Shown piece by piece: positions 1 through 12,785 of a stretch of 64,000 bases of DNA. Within the stretch, counting starts at the first letter, position 1. Every line of letters begins with the position of its first letter. Source of the DNA: Dicyema japonicum (lineage: Eukaryota; Animalia; Dicyemida); NCBI GenBank assembly GCA_011109175.1, contig RDEW01000085.1, forward strand, positions 74,426 through 138,425. The letters are read 5' to 3'. The position numbers and the translations under genes were made by a program. The notes beneath the pieces were generated by a model. That model had not been told where the DNA came from. It ran no database searches and saw nothing but the letters and a program-made list of their open reading frames with translations.

Positions 1-110
1 ATGATTTCATATTATTATTACAGCACTTATCGCCTTGCCATAATAGTTATAGCAAAGCATGTGCAATACAAGAAAAAATGTTATTAGTTAGCCTCTTCCA
101 TCCTCCACGG

Positions 111-917
111 TTACACGCAGTCGATTTCAGCATGTTCAGATCGTCTTCCGTCTTTAGGCATTTCTTCATTCTTTGGAGGTCTTTGTGCAGCATGATAGGT
201 AGGGTCANNNNNNNNNNNNNNNNNNNNNNNNNNNNNNNNNNNNNNNNNNNNNNNNNNNNNNNNNNNNNNNNNNNNNNNNNNNNNNNNNNNNNNNNNNNNN
301 NNNNNNNNNNNNNNNNNNNNNNNNNNNNNNNNNNNNNNNNNNNNNNNNNNNNNNNNNNNNNNNNNNNNNNNNNNNNNNNNNNNNNNNNNNNNNNNNNNNN
401 NNNNNNNCATGTCCAGATCGTCTCCCGTCTTTAGGCATTTCTTCATCCTTTGGAGGTCTTTGTGCAGCATGATAGGTAGGGTCATCCTTGGTCTGCCACG
501 GAAGCAATTGCCCTCGAACATGAAATGGTCCTCCATCGCCACATTAGCCGGGGCAGCAAGATCCATGCGTAGTACGTGACCAAACAGTCTCCACCGGGNN
601 NNNNNNNNNNNNNNNNNNNNNNNNNNNNNNNNNNNNNNNNNNNNNNNNNNNNNNNNNNNNNNNNNNNNNNNNNNNNNNNNNNNNNNNNNNNNNNNNNNNN
701 NNNNNNNNNNNNNNNNNNNNNNNNNNNNNNNNNNNNNNNNNNNNNNNNNNNNNNNNNNNNCAGAGACCTGCGTTTCTTGCAGACATCCGATAGAGACGCG
801 GTACTTGTCTAAATCATCGCACAGTGTTTTCCTCATCCATGTCTTCGAGATCCCCCTGACATTAAACGAGATTAGGTTGAGGCCATCCCATTGAATCTTG
901 TATTTTTCAGACTGCAT
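111..917 (-). mobile_element. RTE-type non-LTR retrotransposon fragments (APE N-terminus and post-RT C-terminus), broken by assembly gaps
   Basis: APE start LISFNVRG...IGCLQETQ; C-terminal RWRLFGHVLRMD...RGRPRMTL typical of RTE-clade ORFs. Confidence 0.75.
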
Positions 918-1289
918 TTAAAGAGCCACGTCACTAACTCAACCGATTGATTTCATAGTGAATCTTTATCCGCAAAAACAGATTCCCGTCTTGAAGAAGA
1001 CAATACAAAGCCTTGGATCTGAGACTATTGTTTCCAGTGACCAACTACTAAACGGATCCAGCAACATCAATATTTTCATTCTCGACGCATTTATAAAGTA
1101 TAGAATAGAGCGACTTTCTCATGATACTATCCATCAAGGATTTCTATTGATAGTCCTTTATAGCGCTAAGGCTTATTTGGATTGGGTCTATCTTGTAATT
1201 GATAGCAAAGATTCCTGCGATTGTGATCAGTTTTAAACAACAAGGAATCTTGTGGTTATATCTGTTTTAGACCTATATTATTTTTTCAA

Positions 1290-1569
1290 GATAATGAAAT
1301 TTGTCACTTTCCAGATATTCGACTTTATTTAAGTCTAATCAAGCTGGCATGAAGAAATGTTTCCTGAAGTATCGGTTTCATGGATCACATTAGTTAATGA
1401 CTATTACATTTTTCAATAAAAATATTCTTTAACGAGCTGAATACATAATTGAGTTATTAATGTAATAAAATTCTTTTAAAAAAGTTAAATTTACTCATGG
1501 GTGGTGGAAACTTTTGGATGGGCGATGAAATTTCAAATGGGAGGCGGGAAAAAAGGTTAAGAATCACTG
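1290..1569 (+). mobile_element. 3' end remnant of hAT (Buster/Charlie-like) DNA transposon
   Basis: Degenerate transposase C-terminus ending HGSH-stop (~1393); terminal aaaaggttaagaatcactg is the reverse complement of a CAGTGxTTCTxAACC Charlie-type TIR. Confidence 0.45.
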
Positions 1570-1629
1570 ATACAAATAATTTCTTGTGGTGATGAACACG
1601 TTTGTTTCTAATAATCAGAGTGGGACATT

Positions 1630-2490
1630 ACCTATAACCGGATGTACAAAACAATGAGAACGCAGGCGATTGAATCCGAAGGCTGTTCGGAGTACAAGAA
1701 ATTGATGCAAGATTCTCTAATCCAAATTCTCAACCGGAGAGCCAAGCAAATATCATATTTTTCTTAAATTCGTCAAGTGAGGTTAATTTCTCTCGATAGT
1801 CGGAAACTTATGCAGAAAGTACCGTACCAACTTCTTAGAAATGAGGTTTTAATTGATATTAACGCCGCAATCAATAGTTATATGATGTCACCTCCACCAA
1901 CAAATATAACCAATATCACAGATATTACTTATGCTGGACAGCGGGCGATGAGGTTCTCTCACAACTTGTCCGAAAGAAGAGCGATTAAATCTATTATATG
2001 GAAGCCAGGCTTACAAAACTGAAAAACAGCATGGATAAATAACAGACCATACTAGATTGAAAGGAAACCAAAGATATGATGATGAAACGAGGGATATACT
2101 CTGCCAATATGGATACCGAAAGTAAAAAAGGGTGAATTCGGGAAAATCGGTCTTCTTATTCAGGATAACACAAAGATTTTGAAGAAAAGACTTCGAATTC
2201 AGGAAACTAGAAAGGAATTCAAAGTCTCACAATCATCTTTTTGGAAATTAAATAGGTTATTCCAGTATAAAACCAACTTTCATGCATATACTCTCTACTA
2301 GGAAACCCAGACCAAGTCAGTAAGGAGCGTGGTAGTGGAACGGATTGAGGTTTTTTTTGAGGACCAAAGTGGATGATACGTTCATTCAGAAGATAATGTG
2401 AAGCTAAAAGGGGTAAAACTGCGAAAGTATCCAGGCATCACGGCAGGATTTTTAATAACGTAATCCCCCATAACTATCGCTATGTCTAGG
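1630..2490 (+). mobile_element. Decayed R4/Dong-like non-LTR retrotransposon, pre-RT region
   Basis: Frameshifted peptides (QKVPYQLL..INAAIN..ITDITYAGQ) resembling the pre-RT region of R4/Dong-type elements; by-eye similarity only. Confidence 0.35.
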
Positions 2491-3941
2491 TTTTTAATAA
2501 AAAATTGTTATGTTATATTCTTCATTAATAATTCGATTAATCTCAGTGCACAAAAAACCATGTAAAGATTCGATTTTCTTAATAGAGAATTTGTATGACT
2601 CATCGAATCCGCTCACCATACAACTGAGGAGCCATTTAAAAACATCCAAGATAAATTCATTAGTGAACTCTGACAACATGACTTTAGCCAAGCATTTACT
2701 TTACCAACACTGTCATATGACACGGACATCTCATTTATTTTAGACCACATTTGCCCCCAGAACGGTATAAACTCCTCATCGTCAAAACCCTATAACTTTA
2801 CTTAAAATTTTCGATTTTATTGAAACAATGTACAACTATTTGCTTTTTCTTAACTTTGACCAGGTCACGTAGTAAAACTTCAGATATACGAAAAACTTTC
2901 TAGATAATGACTGCAAGGGAATGTAAATTAGTAATGATTAAGTCGTGATTTTTCTTATGGTTAGGAAGTGGCGTACTTAGGGGGCTATAGGGGCAACAGA
3001 TCCAAGTCATAGAGTTTACATTATCAAGTTATACTAACTTTTTTCTTGATTTTTTTCATCATAGACAAGACTGACTCCTAGTGATCACCGTGTTCTATTG
3101 AAAGCACTGAAGAATTCGAGCTCATTGGTTTTAATCGATGGCGGATGCGTGTTTGCTGTTAATTTCCTTATCGCTCTTCGTGATGATGCGCTGTCAGTCA
3201 CCATTTCTTGTTGGGACGATGATTTTAGGAATAACGTGCGTTTTTCTTTCCTACAATCTTCTGTGTTGATTTTTTTTGTGTATTGATTTCCTCTACTTTG
3301 ATCCGACAAATAAAGCGAACAAAACCCAGCGGAACATGAAAATCAGCGCAAAAAAAAGCTCAGAGAAGCAGAAGATAATGCCATGAAAGGATGTTCAGAT
3401 GTGTGGGTGAAGAAGCAATACGTGGCAAACGATCAATCTGATCTGACAGTTTTTCCCATGAATATTGTGTTGAACAGGGAGAATATTACCATATGATGGG
3501 GAAGAAACTTAATAATTAAAGTATCCGCAAAATATGAGACATCAAGTAGGTCTTACTAAAAGAATCCCAAATATAGAGCATCCAGTAAACCTTCACAAAG
3601 GTCAAAGGGTTTTTTAATAAAAATTATCAATTAATTATAAAATTACTATAGTTATTATGGAGACGATAAATTATTGACAAGGGCGAAAATATTTTCATAG
3701 GGGTGATACGCAAAACTAAGTGAGAACATTCGTGAGAACATTCATATTCTTTTTTAACACTAATAACTTAGTCATTTTCTGGTTGGAATTTATCTAAAAA
3801 CGAGATTTTAAGAACCGGGAGTAGACGTAACTTGACATTCTCAGTTCTAAAATTTATGATTTATTTCACTGCGTGATTAAATGCGATCCAGCAAACTGCC
3901 TATTTGAACCTTTAATATGGTAAAGACGAGAGTCAGAAATT

Positions 3942-4529
3942 TTATTTTCCAAAATTGTCAGAACAGACGATATTGTTAATAAAGAACCATTTATGCTGAT
4001 ATTTTATAAAGTTCTGTCTCGTCATTTCACGAATAGCCCAATAACCAAGCAAACCACGTGTTACTATAAACATTATTTGAATAATATGCATTCCAAATTC
4101 ATGGGGGTTGACAAAACGGGCCAATACTGCTTTGTGTATAACATATCCAGCAAAAGGTAGTTCGATAAAGACTGTAAGAACCCATGATAAGGTCAACTCG
4201 ATGAGCTAAACGTTTAAAATATCCCTCACTTTATCCCCCAGGTTGCCATCCATAGCCAAATAAAGGGAGAAGGGTTGAGTTAACATGATAATTATTAGTC
4301 CAGTTAGAAATATGCTGTCATTATGCAACTACGGCGTAATGACTTGTCTTACCTTTAATGACACGGAAATGATGGAGCCAACCGACCAAATTGAGAAGTA
4401 GAGTGAATTGTAGAAAATACAAATCTGCAAAGGAAGGTTTGCTTGACACGTGTTTACAAATGTATTGGGAAATTTGTCGAGATTTTTAAATTTCAAACCA
4501 AAAACTTTGGCAGTTAACGAATTTATCAT
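3942..4529 (-). CDS. TMEM17: TMEM17-like ciliary transition-zone membrane protein (Transmemb_17 family), 2 introns
   Basis: Spliced protein NLPLQICIFYNSLYFSIW...LYLAMDGNLGDK/LIELTLSWVLTVFIELP aligns with TMEM17 (SLALQMSLYFN...LYLGYVGNLQEKVPELAGFWLL); 24-nt GT-AG introns at 4329-4352 and 4206-4229 restore the frame. Confidence 0.85.
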
Positions 4530-5149
4530 TATTGGTATGGAAATAATTAAGTTTTGATTTATTAAAAATAATATTAAGTTTAAATGATAAATAGAAATTT
4601 TAAATAAATTATAAATTCGATCATAACGTTTTCGGTTGTTAACCTCATAAAAACTAGCAATTTTTTTTTCTGTTTTAGATCTTTTAGAAACAGTTACCAT
4701 ATATTTAATTATTATGCACATTCGCAATGAAAAAAGTTATAACCTTTCCGTCACTTGTGCCACCCCCTACTTCCGAATGAATGATCCGGTCTGTTAGACT
4801 CCCCCACTCTCTTCTCGAGATTGCAATTCTCGAAGGCTATCTAAATCATCTGCTTATTCTAATGACATTTAACATGTTTTAGATAAATGTTCATTATTGA
4901 TGGCAAAGTTGTTCGTGGCTTCCTTCTAAAAGCCCCTGAGCAGAGGAAGTATGATTCCATAATTTCGTAAGCAGGAACGGCATGATTCATCCGTAATGTG
5001 TGTCCAAATAATTCCCATCAGGTAATAATTGTATCCAAGTGCCTTCGATTACAAACTGTATAAGTTTTGATTTTGTATAAGTAATATTTGTCCAGGGAGT
5101 GTTTTAGATAAAAGTGCAATTGAGGGACGTCACCACCTCAGTCATCATT

Positions 5150-5315
5150 AAATTTAAAGAGGATAAATGTTATCGTCTAATTAAGTGATCCCGTTGTCCA
5201 TACCAGTCCTTTTCCTGCGGTTAGTTTTGGAGTCCTGGATTAAACTCCACAACAGGGAAGGTTTTATTCTCGTATCCCGGACAAGCGTCGAGATATAGTT
5301 TGATGTCCAGCCATC
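5150..5315 (-). repeat. 3' end of a LINE/SINE family; second copy at 26570-26760
   Basis: Near-identical ccagtccttttcctgcggttagttttggagtcctggat block in both places, next to the shared GGGATCACTTAATT tail motif. Confidence 0.6.
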
Positions 5316-5436
5316 AAATATTTAATTAATTTCAAAATCTGACTTTATAGTTAAAACTATTATGCATTAATAATAAATTTATATTTATTTTTAAATTAAT
5401 AAAATAAAGTTGGATATTGTTTCTGTTGGTTAACGC

Positions 5437-7518
5437 ATGTCATTTCCTAACAGAATGCCTGGAGTCCCTCAAATGACTTCTATGCCACAACCAGGTCAGT
5501 ATCTTAAATATTCGAAAATTATAGCTCACATGCATAATCTTTAATAGGCTTCCTACCTTACGGAGTTCCGATGCCTCCTAATGTTCGTGTGGATGTACTT
5601 ATTATAGATGGTACCTCCCGTTCAGCCTCCTTTGATGCAACAATCGCCATGGGGAGTCCCTCTCTCTCAGTCCATGCAATATTCTGTCTTTCGGGAAATT
5701 CCGTTTTCTGCGACAACGGCTTTCATCGGGAATATCCCCGAATGTGCCCCGGATTGTTTAATCCGTCAGCTGGCTGAGGTCCCCCCGTCTTTTAACTCCC
5801 AGAAATGCGGACCCGTTTTAAACTGGAAGAGAACTGAGGGATCTAACGGGAAAAAGCATGGTTTTCTCGTACTTATGATTATTAGCTTTCGCCTTCTGCG
5901 ACTTCAAGCACCCCGAGTCTACCCTCTGTGCCCTTAGGATTCTGGACGGCTATAAAGTGGCAGGAAATCCCCTCGTGGTCTGTTAAATGGAGATAATTTT
6001 TAGGTTAAGGTGAACACGAAGAGCCGAGCCCAGTTGGAAGAGTACCTTCGGCACAAAATGCCCGGAGTCCCCATTCCTAAAGTGGAGTCTAAACCTCCGT
6101 TAAATGCCGATACAGCGGCTATCATTGTTCAGTTCGACATGTTGTTGAGAGAATATGCTGGTGTTTTGGCGGGGGACCCTGAAGCTATAAGAACTATGAG
6201 AATCGACGCTCGTGAAGCACGTGATGTATGCTCGATCGACAAGAAAAGCAAGGTACCTATGTTAGCCATTGCAGAATGACCGTGAGGATGGTTCGGATGG
6301 ACTGCGTTCCCGGGCTGACAGGTAGTTGTGCCCGGGTAACTCCCAGTGCTGCTGAAGAGGACGAAGAACAAGCGAGGATAGAACGCGAGGTTCGAGAGAA
6401 GGAAGAGTCTTATATGAATGTATGCGTTCTTGTTTATTAAGGCGTTGAGAAATTGGGAGTCTAGGGAACGGAAGAAACGGAAGGACTTCGAGAAGGAGCT
6501 TGAACGAAATGAGGAGAGGGTCAAGTCTCTGGTATTCCGTGATTCTAGTAGTAGGCACGTGATAATAAGCGCCGATATGAGATAATGGTTTCCTATGATG
6601 ATGATAGGGATGATTCAAAATACTACAGGTGTGATGTTGAATTAGTGTCTAGAGGGAGTAAGTGGATACAGTTGGTGCACGCACGAGAACGGGAGGCTGA
6701 GTGGGATAGCAGAGACAGGGATAGGGAGATGGCTGAAATAGAGGAGATGCGTTCTAGTATTATCAAGAGAGGAGGGAAGCACGTGGAGGATAGACTTTTG
6801 CAATTTGAGAGAGCGATGGTTATGAGAATGGACGGAGAGGTTGTTGAAGAGGAGGAAATTGTTTCTACCGAAGAGGAAGAAGTGGAAGAGGATGAGTTTG
6901 TTAAGACTGAGTATCCTATGGAGGTAGAAAAGGAAGAGAAGATTGAATTTACAGAAGTCCAGGCAGTTGGAAATGAGGAGATTGGATTTACCGCTGTGAA
7001 ACTGGCGAGTTCTTCCACGGAGAACCAGAAGGAGTCTAAAACCACACAGTCGGTTATATTTGAGAACGACGAAGAGGAGGAAATGATTGTGCCCGAGAAG
7101 ATTGATAAGCCCAAAGTGGATATGACTGAGCATCTCAAGTTTGTGGCTGCTCAGGAGAAGAAGAAACTGATTCAGAGTATCATCGATAAGATCCCGACTG
7201 ACCCTGATGAGTTGTTTAGAGTTGACATTAACTGGTCTGTGGTGGACAAGGATCTTATAAACAATCGCCTTCGGAATTGTGTGAATAGGAAGATAATTGA
7301 GTACATTGGGGAGGAGGAACCGAGTCTGAATGATTTCATATGTGAGAAGGTGATGATGAGAGTATCCCCCGCAGAGTTGGTTAAGGATATTTGGGCGGTA
7401 GTGTGTGGATTTATGGTTTTAGATCCTTGAGCAAGAAGCTGAGGTATTTGTTGTAAAGTTGTGGAGGTTGTTGGTGTTTGAGACTCAGTCAAAGATTGCG
7501 GGAATTGAGAATTTATAA
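5437..7518 (+). CDS. RBM25: RNA-binding protein 25 (Pro-rich N-terminus, RRM, ER-rich region, C-terminal PWI domain), ~10 introns
   Basis: RRM AFIGNIPE..CGPVLNWKR..AFAFCDF; YDDDRDDSKYY motif; PWI IDKIPT..KIIEYIGEEE..EAEVFVVKLWRLLVFET. Introns of 22-26 nt, e.g. 5583-5607, 5779-5802, 5861-5885, 5978-6003, 6420-6441, 6532-6554, 6629-6652, 7398-7422. Confidence 0.93.
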
Positions 7519-8135
7519 TTTAATGTCATAATAAATTTTTGAGATTTTTTTTGATTAACCTTTGTTGTTCGTTGTTGTTCGTTTAGTTTTATGTGGTACA
7601 TTTGTTTGGTGGGGTCTATTCTACCTGGNNNNNNNNNNNNNNNNNNNNNNNNNNNNNNNNNNNNNNNNNNNNNNNNNNNNNNNNNNNNNNNNNNNNNNNN
7701 NNNNNNNNNNNNNNNNNNNNNNNNNNNNNNNNNNNNNNNNNNNNNNNNNNNNNNNNNNNNNNNNNNNNNNNNNNNNNNNNNNNNNNNNNNNNNNNNNNNN
7801 NNNNNNNNNNNNNNNNNNNNNNNNNNNNNNNNNNNNNNNNNNNNNNNNNNNNNNNNNNNNNNNNNNNNNNNNNNNNNNNNNNNNNNNNNNNNNNNNNNNN
7901 NNNNNNNNNNNNNNNNNNNNNNNNNNNNNNNNNNNNNNNNNNNNNNNNNNNNNNNNNNNNNNNNNNNNNNNNNNNNNNNNNNNNNNNNNNNNNNNNNNNN
8001 NNNNNNNNNNNNNNNNNNNNNNNNNNNNNNNNNNNNNNNNNNNNNNNNNNNNNNNNNNNNNNNNNNNNNNNNNNNNNNNNNNNNNNNNNNNNNNNNNNNN
8101 NNNNNNNNNNNNNNNNNNNNNNNNNNNNNNNNNNG

Positions 8136-10660
8136 TCCTTGTCATCATCGACCTCATTTTGAGTGCTAGGTCGAAGCCGGACGAAATCTGTTATCCGCTA
8201 TCCATCGTCTTGTTTCAAGGATTGTCAATAGGGATATTCCCAGATATGCTAGAGCAGGGGTGTCAAACTCATTTCGCTTCGAGGGCCGCATTTATAATAT
8301 TTTCTTATAAAGGGATGATTAGTTTTGATATATTATTTTTTAAAAATTATTTATTATAATGAAAAACCAAAAATAAGAGAAACTTATTTATTTAATTACA
8401 GCTTTTTAATTTTTGGTGAGCTGCTAGACATCGTTTTTGGATACAAAATTTTGATATATCAGGGTCTACTTTTCGTGTAGATCCGACTCTTATTAANTTA
8501 TTTATTTAATCACAGCTTTTTAATTTTTGGTGAGCTGCTAGACATCGTTTTTGGATACAAAATTTTGATATGTCAGGCTCTACTTTTCGTGTAGATCCGA
8601 CTCTTATTAAAGCGGATAAATTTTCACCAGTTTATCGCGTTCTTTTAACAGTTTTTGTCAATTTCATTAATAAAAGTTGTTCACGCACGTACCGAACTAA
8701 ACAAAGAAATGATTTTTGTCGCAAAATTTTTAAAGTTTTTAAACTTTCCTGGAAGATATGAAAATAAGCAGTTTTTCCAACCTCAAAATATTTAGCGTTA
8801 AATATAGAATCTGATTAGATTTTCAATAGTTCTTTTTTAAGCTTTCATTTGCTTTTCATTTTGTTTGTGTTTTGGCCATTCATTTCCATAAATAGAATTA
8901 TTTTTGGTCTCAACAATAAAATATTTTAACAACTTTTTTAAGTGCTAACCAGCGGATTGGATTATAAAAAGGAATGTCGCTGAACTGATTATTCATATCT
9001 ATCGTCTCAACAATAAAATATTTTAACAACTTTGTTAAGTGCTAACCAGCGGATTGGATTATAAAAAGGAATGTCGCTGAACTGATTATTCATATCTATC
9101 AGCAGTTTACTAAACTGCCTGTGGTTGAGAGCATGATTTTTGATGTAATTTACTGTTTTCAAGACCAAAAATCGTATTTTGCATTTTTAAAATATTTCAG
9201 TTCAAAATTTCTTATGAATAATACAATGAAAGTGAACAGATTATGACCCTGAATTTAACTTTTCTATTTCAGCCTCCAATTTGGCAACAACACCAGCATG
9301 TTGTCCAACCATATTCGGATCACCATAGGTGCACAAACATACAAGCTTTTTCAAATCAATTTGTAGTAGTTTTACAAAGATGTCTTTACTTATAGTGGTG
9401 GTACCAGTTCTTCATAAATATTAAAATCTAAATCACAGACTCTAAAAGATTGCTAATTGTGCAATTCTAACAACGTCGACTGTTTCATGACCGCAATAGA
9501 AAAATAGTCGATTTTAACAATTCGGACTTTAATTGGTGTTTCAAAGATATTTCATTAATGTTTTCGGTTAATGAAATATCTTTAAACAAGTGGGAGTTGT
9601 CGGGACAAATAATTTTTGCTGTTTTTACAAGCATTGCTTGATGAAATCTCCATCGCAGTATGATTTTCCTAAATTGCAAGCATTTTGCTGATTTCATATC
9701 TTGCAGTAACTGATGCACTACTTAGATTATGATTTTTTGTGACATGAGTCTGTAACACATTTAAATTTTTCACAATTCATTTAGCTTTGAAACACACATT
9801 GGACCTTTTTGGTTAATAAGCAACTTAATATCTTTGAAATAATTGTATGATCGATGATTAGATTGGTAATGCCTAGGCTGTATTCGTTCGGTGTAGCGAT
9901 AAACTGGTTACACATCAATGTATTTTTCCATCAACCGTTGTGCAAAAATAGACAAGTTCCCATTTATCTTGAAACACTCTCCGTTCATCGTTCAAACACC
10001 GCTTCTTAATTCCAGAAGAAACATGTGCCATTGACAAACAAGATTTACAAATACTATTAAAAAATTAATTAAATGTAAAAAAATAACTTTGTTTAAAATG
10101 ATTTTTGTGTTTTATAGCCATTAATTGGGCCGCATCTATACTTGTCGAGGGCCTCATGTTTGACACCCCTGTGCTAGAGATATTTCATTTGGCGCGAACC
10201 TCATCCATTCGACAAGCGCAATGTTATCCGTCTGCAAAAAAAACGTGTATCTATTCGGCTGGCACCAAAGTTTTCACCTATGCAGATTGAGGTGGGGGTC
10301 GGAAATGGTTGCAACACTGTCATCCATACAACAAGATTCCGAGGACTCTGGGAGGAAATTTACTTGCTGTTAAATTGGATATCTTCAATACATTTAACAG
10401 TGTTAGGCGGGATTGCCTCTTTCAAGCTTCTGATATCTGGAAACTGGTCACCCTGCCATATGGTACGGACAGCATTCTTGTCTTTGGAGACAATATTTTC
10501 TGTTCTCACATTAGTGTCTAGTAGACCACTCCTTTTTGCTCTAACCGTCGATGATGTTGCACGCATTTTTTGTTTCCGGTTCAATGGTTTCTGATTGACG
10601 CCACGATCGGAGAATTCCAGGACTTCGTTTTGAAGGATCTCCATGTCATTGACTCGTCCT
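8136..10660 (+). mobile_element. Decayed CRE-clade retrotransposon RT region, interrupted by the hAT element at 8255-10171
   Basis: Flanks join into FGANL...QIEVGVGNGC..VIH..AVKLDIFNTFNSVRRD...PLLFALTVDD, i.e. CRE-type RT motifs. Confidence 0.65.
8255..10171 (-). mobile_element. hAT DNA transposon (Buster/SPIN, GTF2IRD2-like), degenerate transposase
   Basis: 14-bp perfect TIR CAGGGGTGTCAAAC at both ends; 8-bp TSD TGCTAGAG (8247-8254, 10172-10179); minus-strand transposase remnants (RRVFQDKW.., KIICPDNSHLFKDISL). Confidence 0.9.
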
Positions 10661-10959
10661 TGAGAGGTCTCGGTTGAGGTGTTAATACTGAGAACATCGG
10701 AGGAGGTGATCCATGTATCATTCCTTTGTGTTACCATAAATGTATGTAGTTTAGTGAAAATACCAAAATATATTTTCACTGTAATATTCACACTTTGTTA
10801 CAATTTGGAAATTCAAAGATTTTCAATTAGCCGCGAGTTATCCATATTTGCCCTCGTTATTAATAAGCACTGAAGTTTCTTTTAACGCTTTATAACTAAA
10901 ATATATGTAAACCTCGTGTTATTTAGATAAATAAGGCATTAAATAGCATTTGACTTATG

Positions 10960-11924
10960 CGAGTTCCACGCGATGGCCCAGGAAGCCCCTATCAGAATCA
11001 TTTGATCTAATTCCGTATTACATTGTCCTTAAAGCATTTCTACTTGAACGACAACAAAGATTCTTGGGCGGACAAATGACTAAACAACCCCCTCTACATC
11101 ATTTTTGTAAAATACCTCAAAAACCATTTAAGATACGAGAAAACTCAGAACAGTTATGAAGAGCGGTTCAAGGTTCCCGTCCCCGCCGGTTTCGACATTC
11201 CTCTTGTTACTTGGATTCACATAGATGGACATTCTTTCTCTATCAACCTAGTGGTCCTGGGTCAATAATAATTACGGTACACATAAAGTAGCTAATGGCT
11301 CTAAGGGACTTGTAGAAGCGCCCAACACTCTCAGTTTTACCCTCGATGGCAATCGGTCACTTACATGTTAATGAGGTTGGAGGCAGCTAAAAGTAGATCT
11401 GAACCTTTCTGCCAAGATTTAGATTAAAAAACATACATTTTATAGTTTGTAGATGAAATGAGAGAACTTAAGTATTGTTTTGTAGATTTTCGAGGTAGAG
11501 TGGGAGGTACTCTTTATTATCTGTTCGGGAGTTAATAAGTGAAATACGTGGGGATGGTGAAAAATTAGTTCAGCCAAAACATGGTGAAAATTAATCAGTA
11601 AAGACAAAATCGATTGGAANACATTTTATAGTTTGTAGATGAAATGAGAGAACTTAAGTATTGTTTTGTAGATTTTCGAGGTAGAGTGGGAGGTACTCTT
11701 ATTATCTGTTCGGGAATTAATAAGTGAAATACGTGGGGTTGGTGAAAAATTAGTTCAGCCAAAACATGGTGAAAATTAATCAGTAAAGACAAAATCGATT
11801 AGAAGAAAAACATTTCTCCTCCTAATTCCTTCTCTAAGTACATTGGTTCCAGAAACACGTGCTGAAGTCTAAAAAGTGTAAATTTTTCATTTGTCAAAAG
11901 TGAATTTAAAATCTCTTCAGTCAT
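10960..11924 (-). CDS. Candidate multi-exon gene of unknown function, head-to-head with GEMIN2
   Basis: ATG at 11924 (MTEEILNSLLTNEKFTLFRLQHVFLEPMY..) and several 21-28-nt GT-AG segments that partly join open frames; no recognisable domain, model incomplete, contains an assembly duplication. Confidence 0.35.
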
Positions 11925-12027
11925 CACCCTCAGAACGAAAATTGAGGAAATTCTGAAGGAATAAAATATGTATAAAATTTTTAAAATAAATTTTATTTAA
12001 TTTTATATTTTTTATGGGAGTTGTGTT

Positions 12028-12785
12028 ATGTGGGGCGATTCAGATTCCGATGTTCCGACAATGAACAGTGTTTTTGCCGTCGATGATAGCTTCCATGTGG
12101 AAGAGGATCAACTGGAGTCGTTTATTCCAAGCAATGGATCTGAATTACTTGCTTTAATAAGGGCAGAAAGAAAGTTTGCTTAGCAATAATATATAGTTTC
12201 CTTCCAAAAGTCTCTATTGCTGCTTCTGGAAATCCAAAATCATCGATTCCAACTCATATGGATGAACCGAGTTTTGAATGTCCTAACAATTTCATCCCCT
12301 CAGACGAATTCCGTCGTAAACAAAACGAGATCTTCACCGAAATCCGCGAAAAGTTCGAGACCAATCGTTCTCTATTCAAACCGAGAAAATTAACCTTCAA
12401 AATCCCAAAGAACAAGACCATGTGGAAAGAGTGCCTGCTTTTGGCCTTTCAAGAAAGCACTCCTCAGCCTATCCTGAGTTTGATCTACAAATTACGTCAG
12501 AAGGATGTTTTCCTGGCATTGACTGCCATAAATGAGTGGCTTAGTGATAACAAAATTACCCACGTGTGCGGAATGTGGGTTTATTGCCTTTTGATTTGTC
12601 CCACGTGGCCAATTTACCCTGATTTGCACTCTTTGCTTAGAGATATCGCTCGTAAACTAATATTAGAAAGAAAAGAGCTGAGTCACGTGTCTGATTTTAG
12701 TGATACAGAGAGATTGAACCGAATTAATCTTTTTTTAGTCATTATTTGTGATTACTTTGGGCAATCTGATTTGCTTTTATTGTAA
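12028..12785 (+). CDS. GEMIN2: Gem-associated protein 2 (SMN complex, SIP1 domain), 1 intron
   Basis: C-terminal WVYCLLICPTWPIYPDLHSLLRDIARK...INLFLVIICDYFGQSDL matches Gemin2; 23-nt intron 12174-12196 links the N-terminal exon (..PSNGSELLALIRAE) in frame. Confidence 0.88.

Noticed and set aside
3085-3500. Hydrophobic plus-strand stretch (MADACLLLISLSLFVMMRCQSPFLVGTMILG..) faintly like a Dispatched/Patched sterol-sensing domain
   Set aside because: In-frame stop, short, no supporting intron structure; similarity too weak to call by eye
6623-7138. Antisense ORFs over RBM25 and over other genes and TEs
   Set aside because: Shadows of the coding strand with low-complexity Ser/Phe/Leu composition
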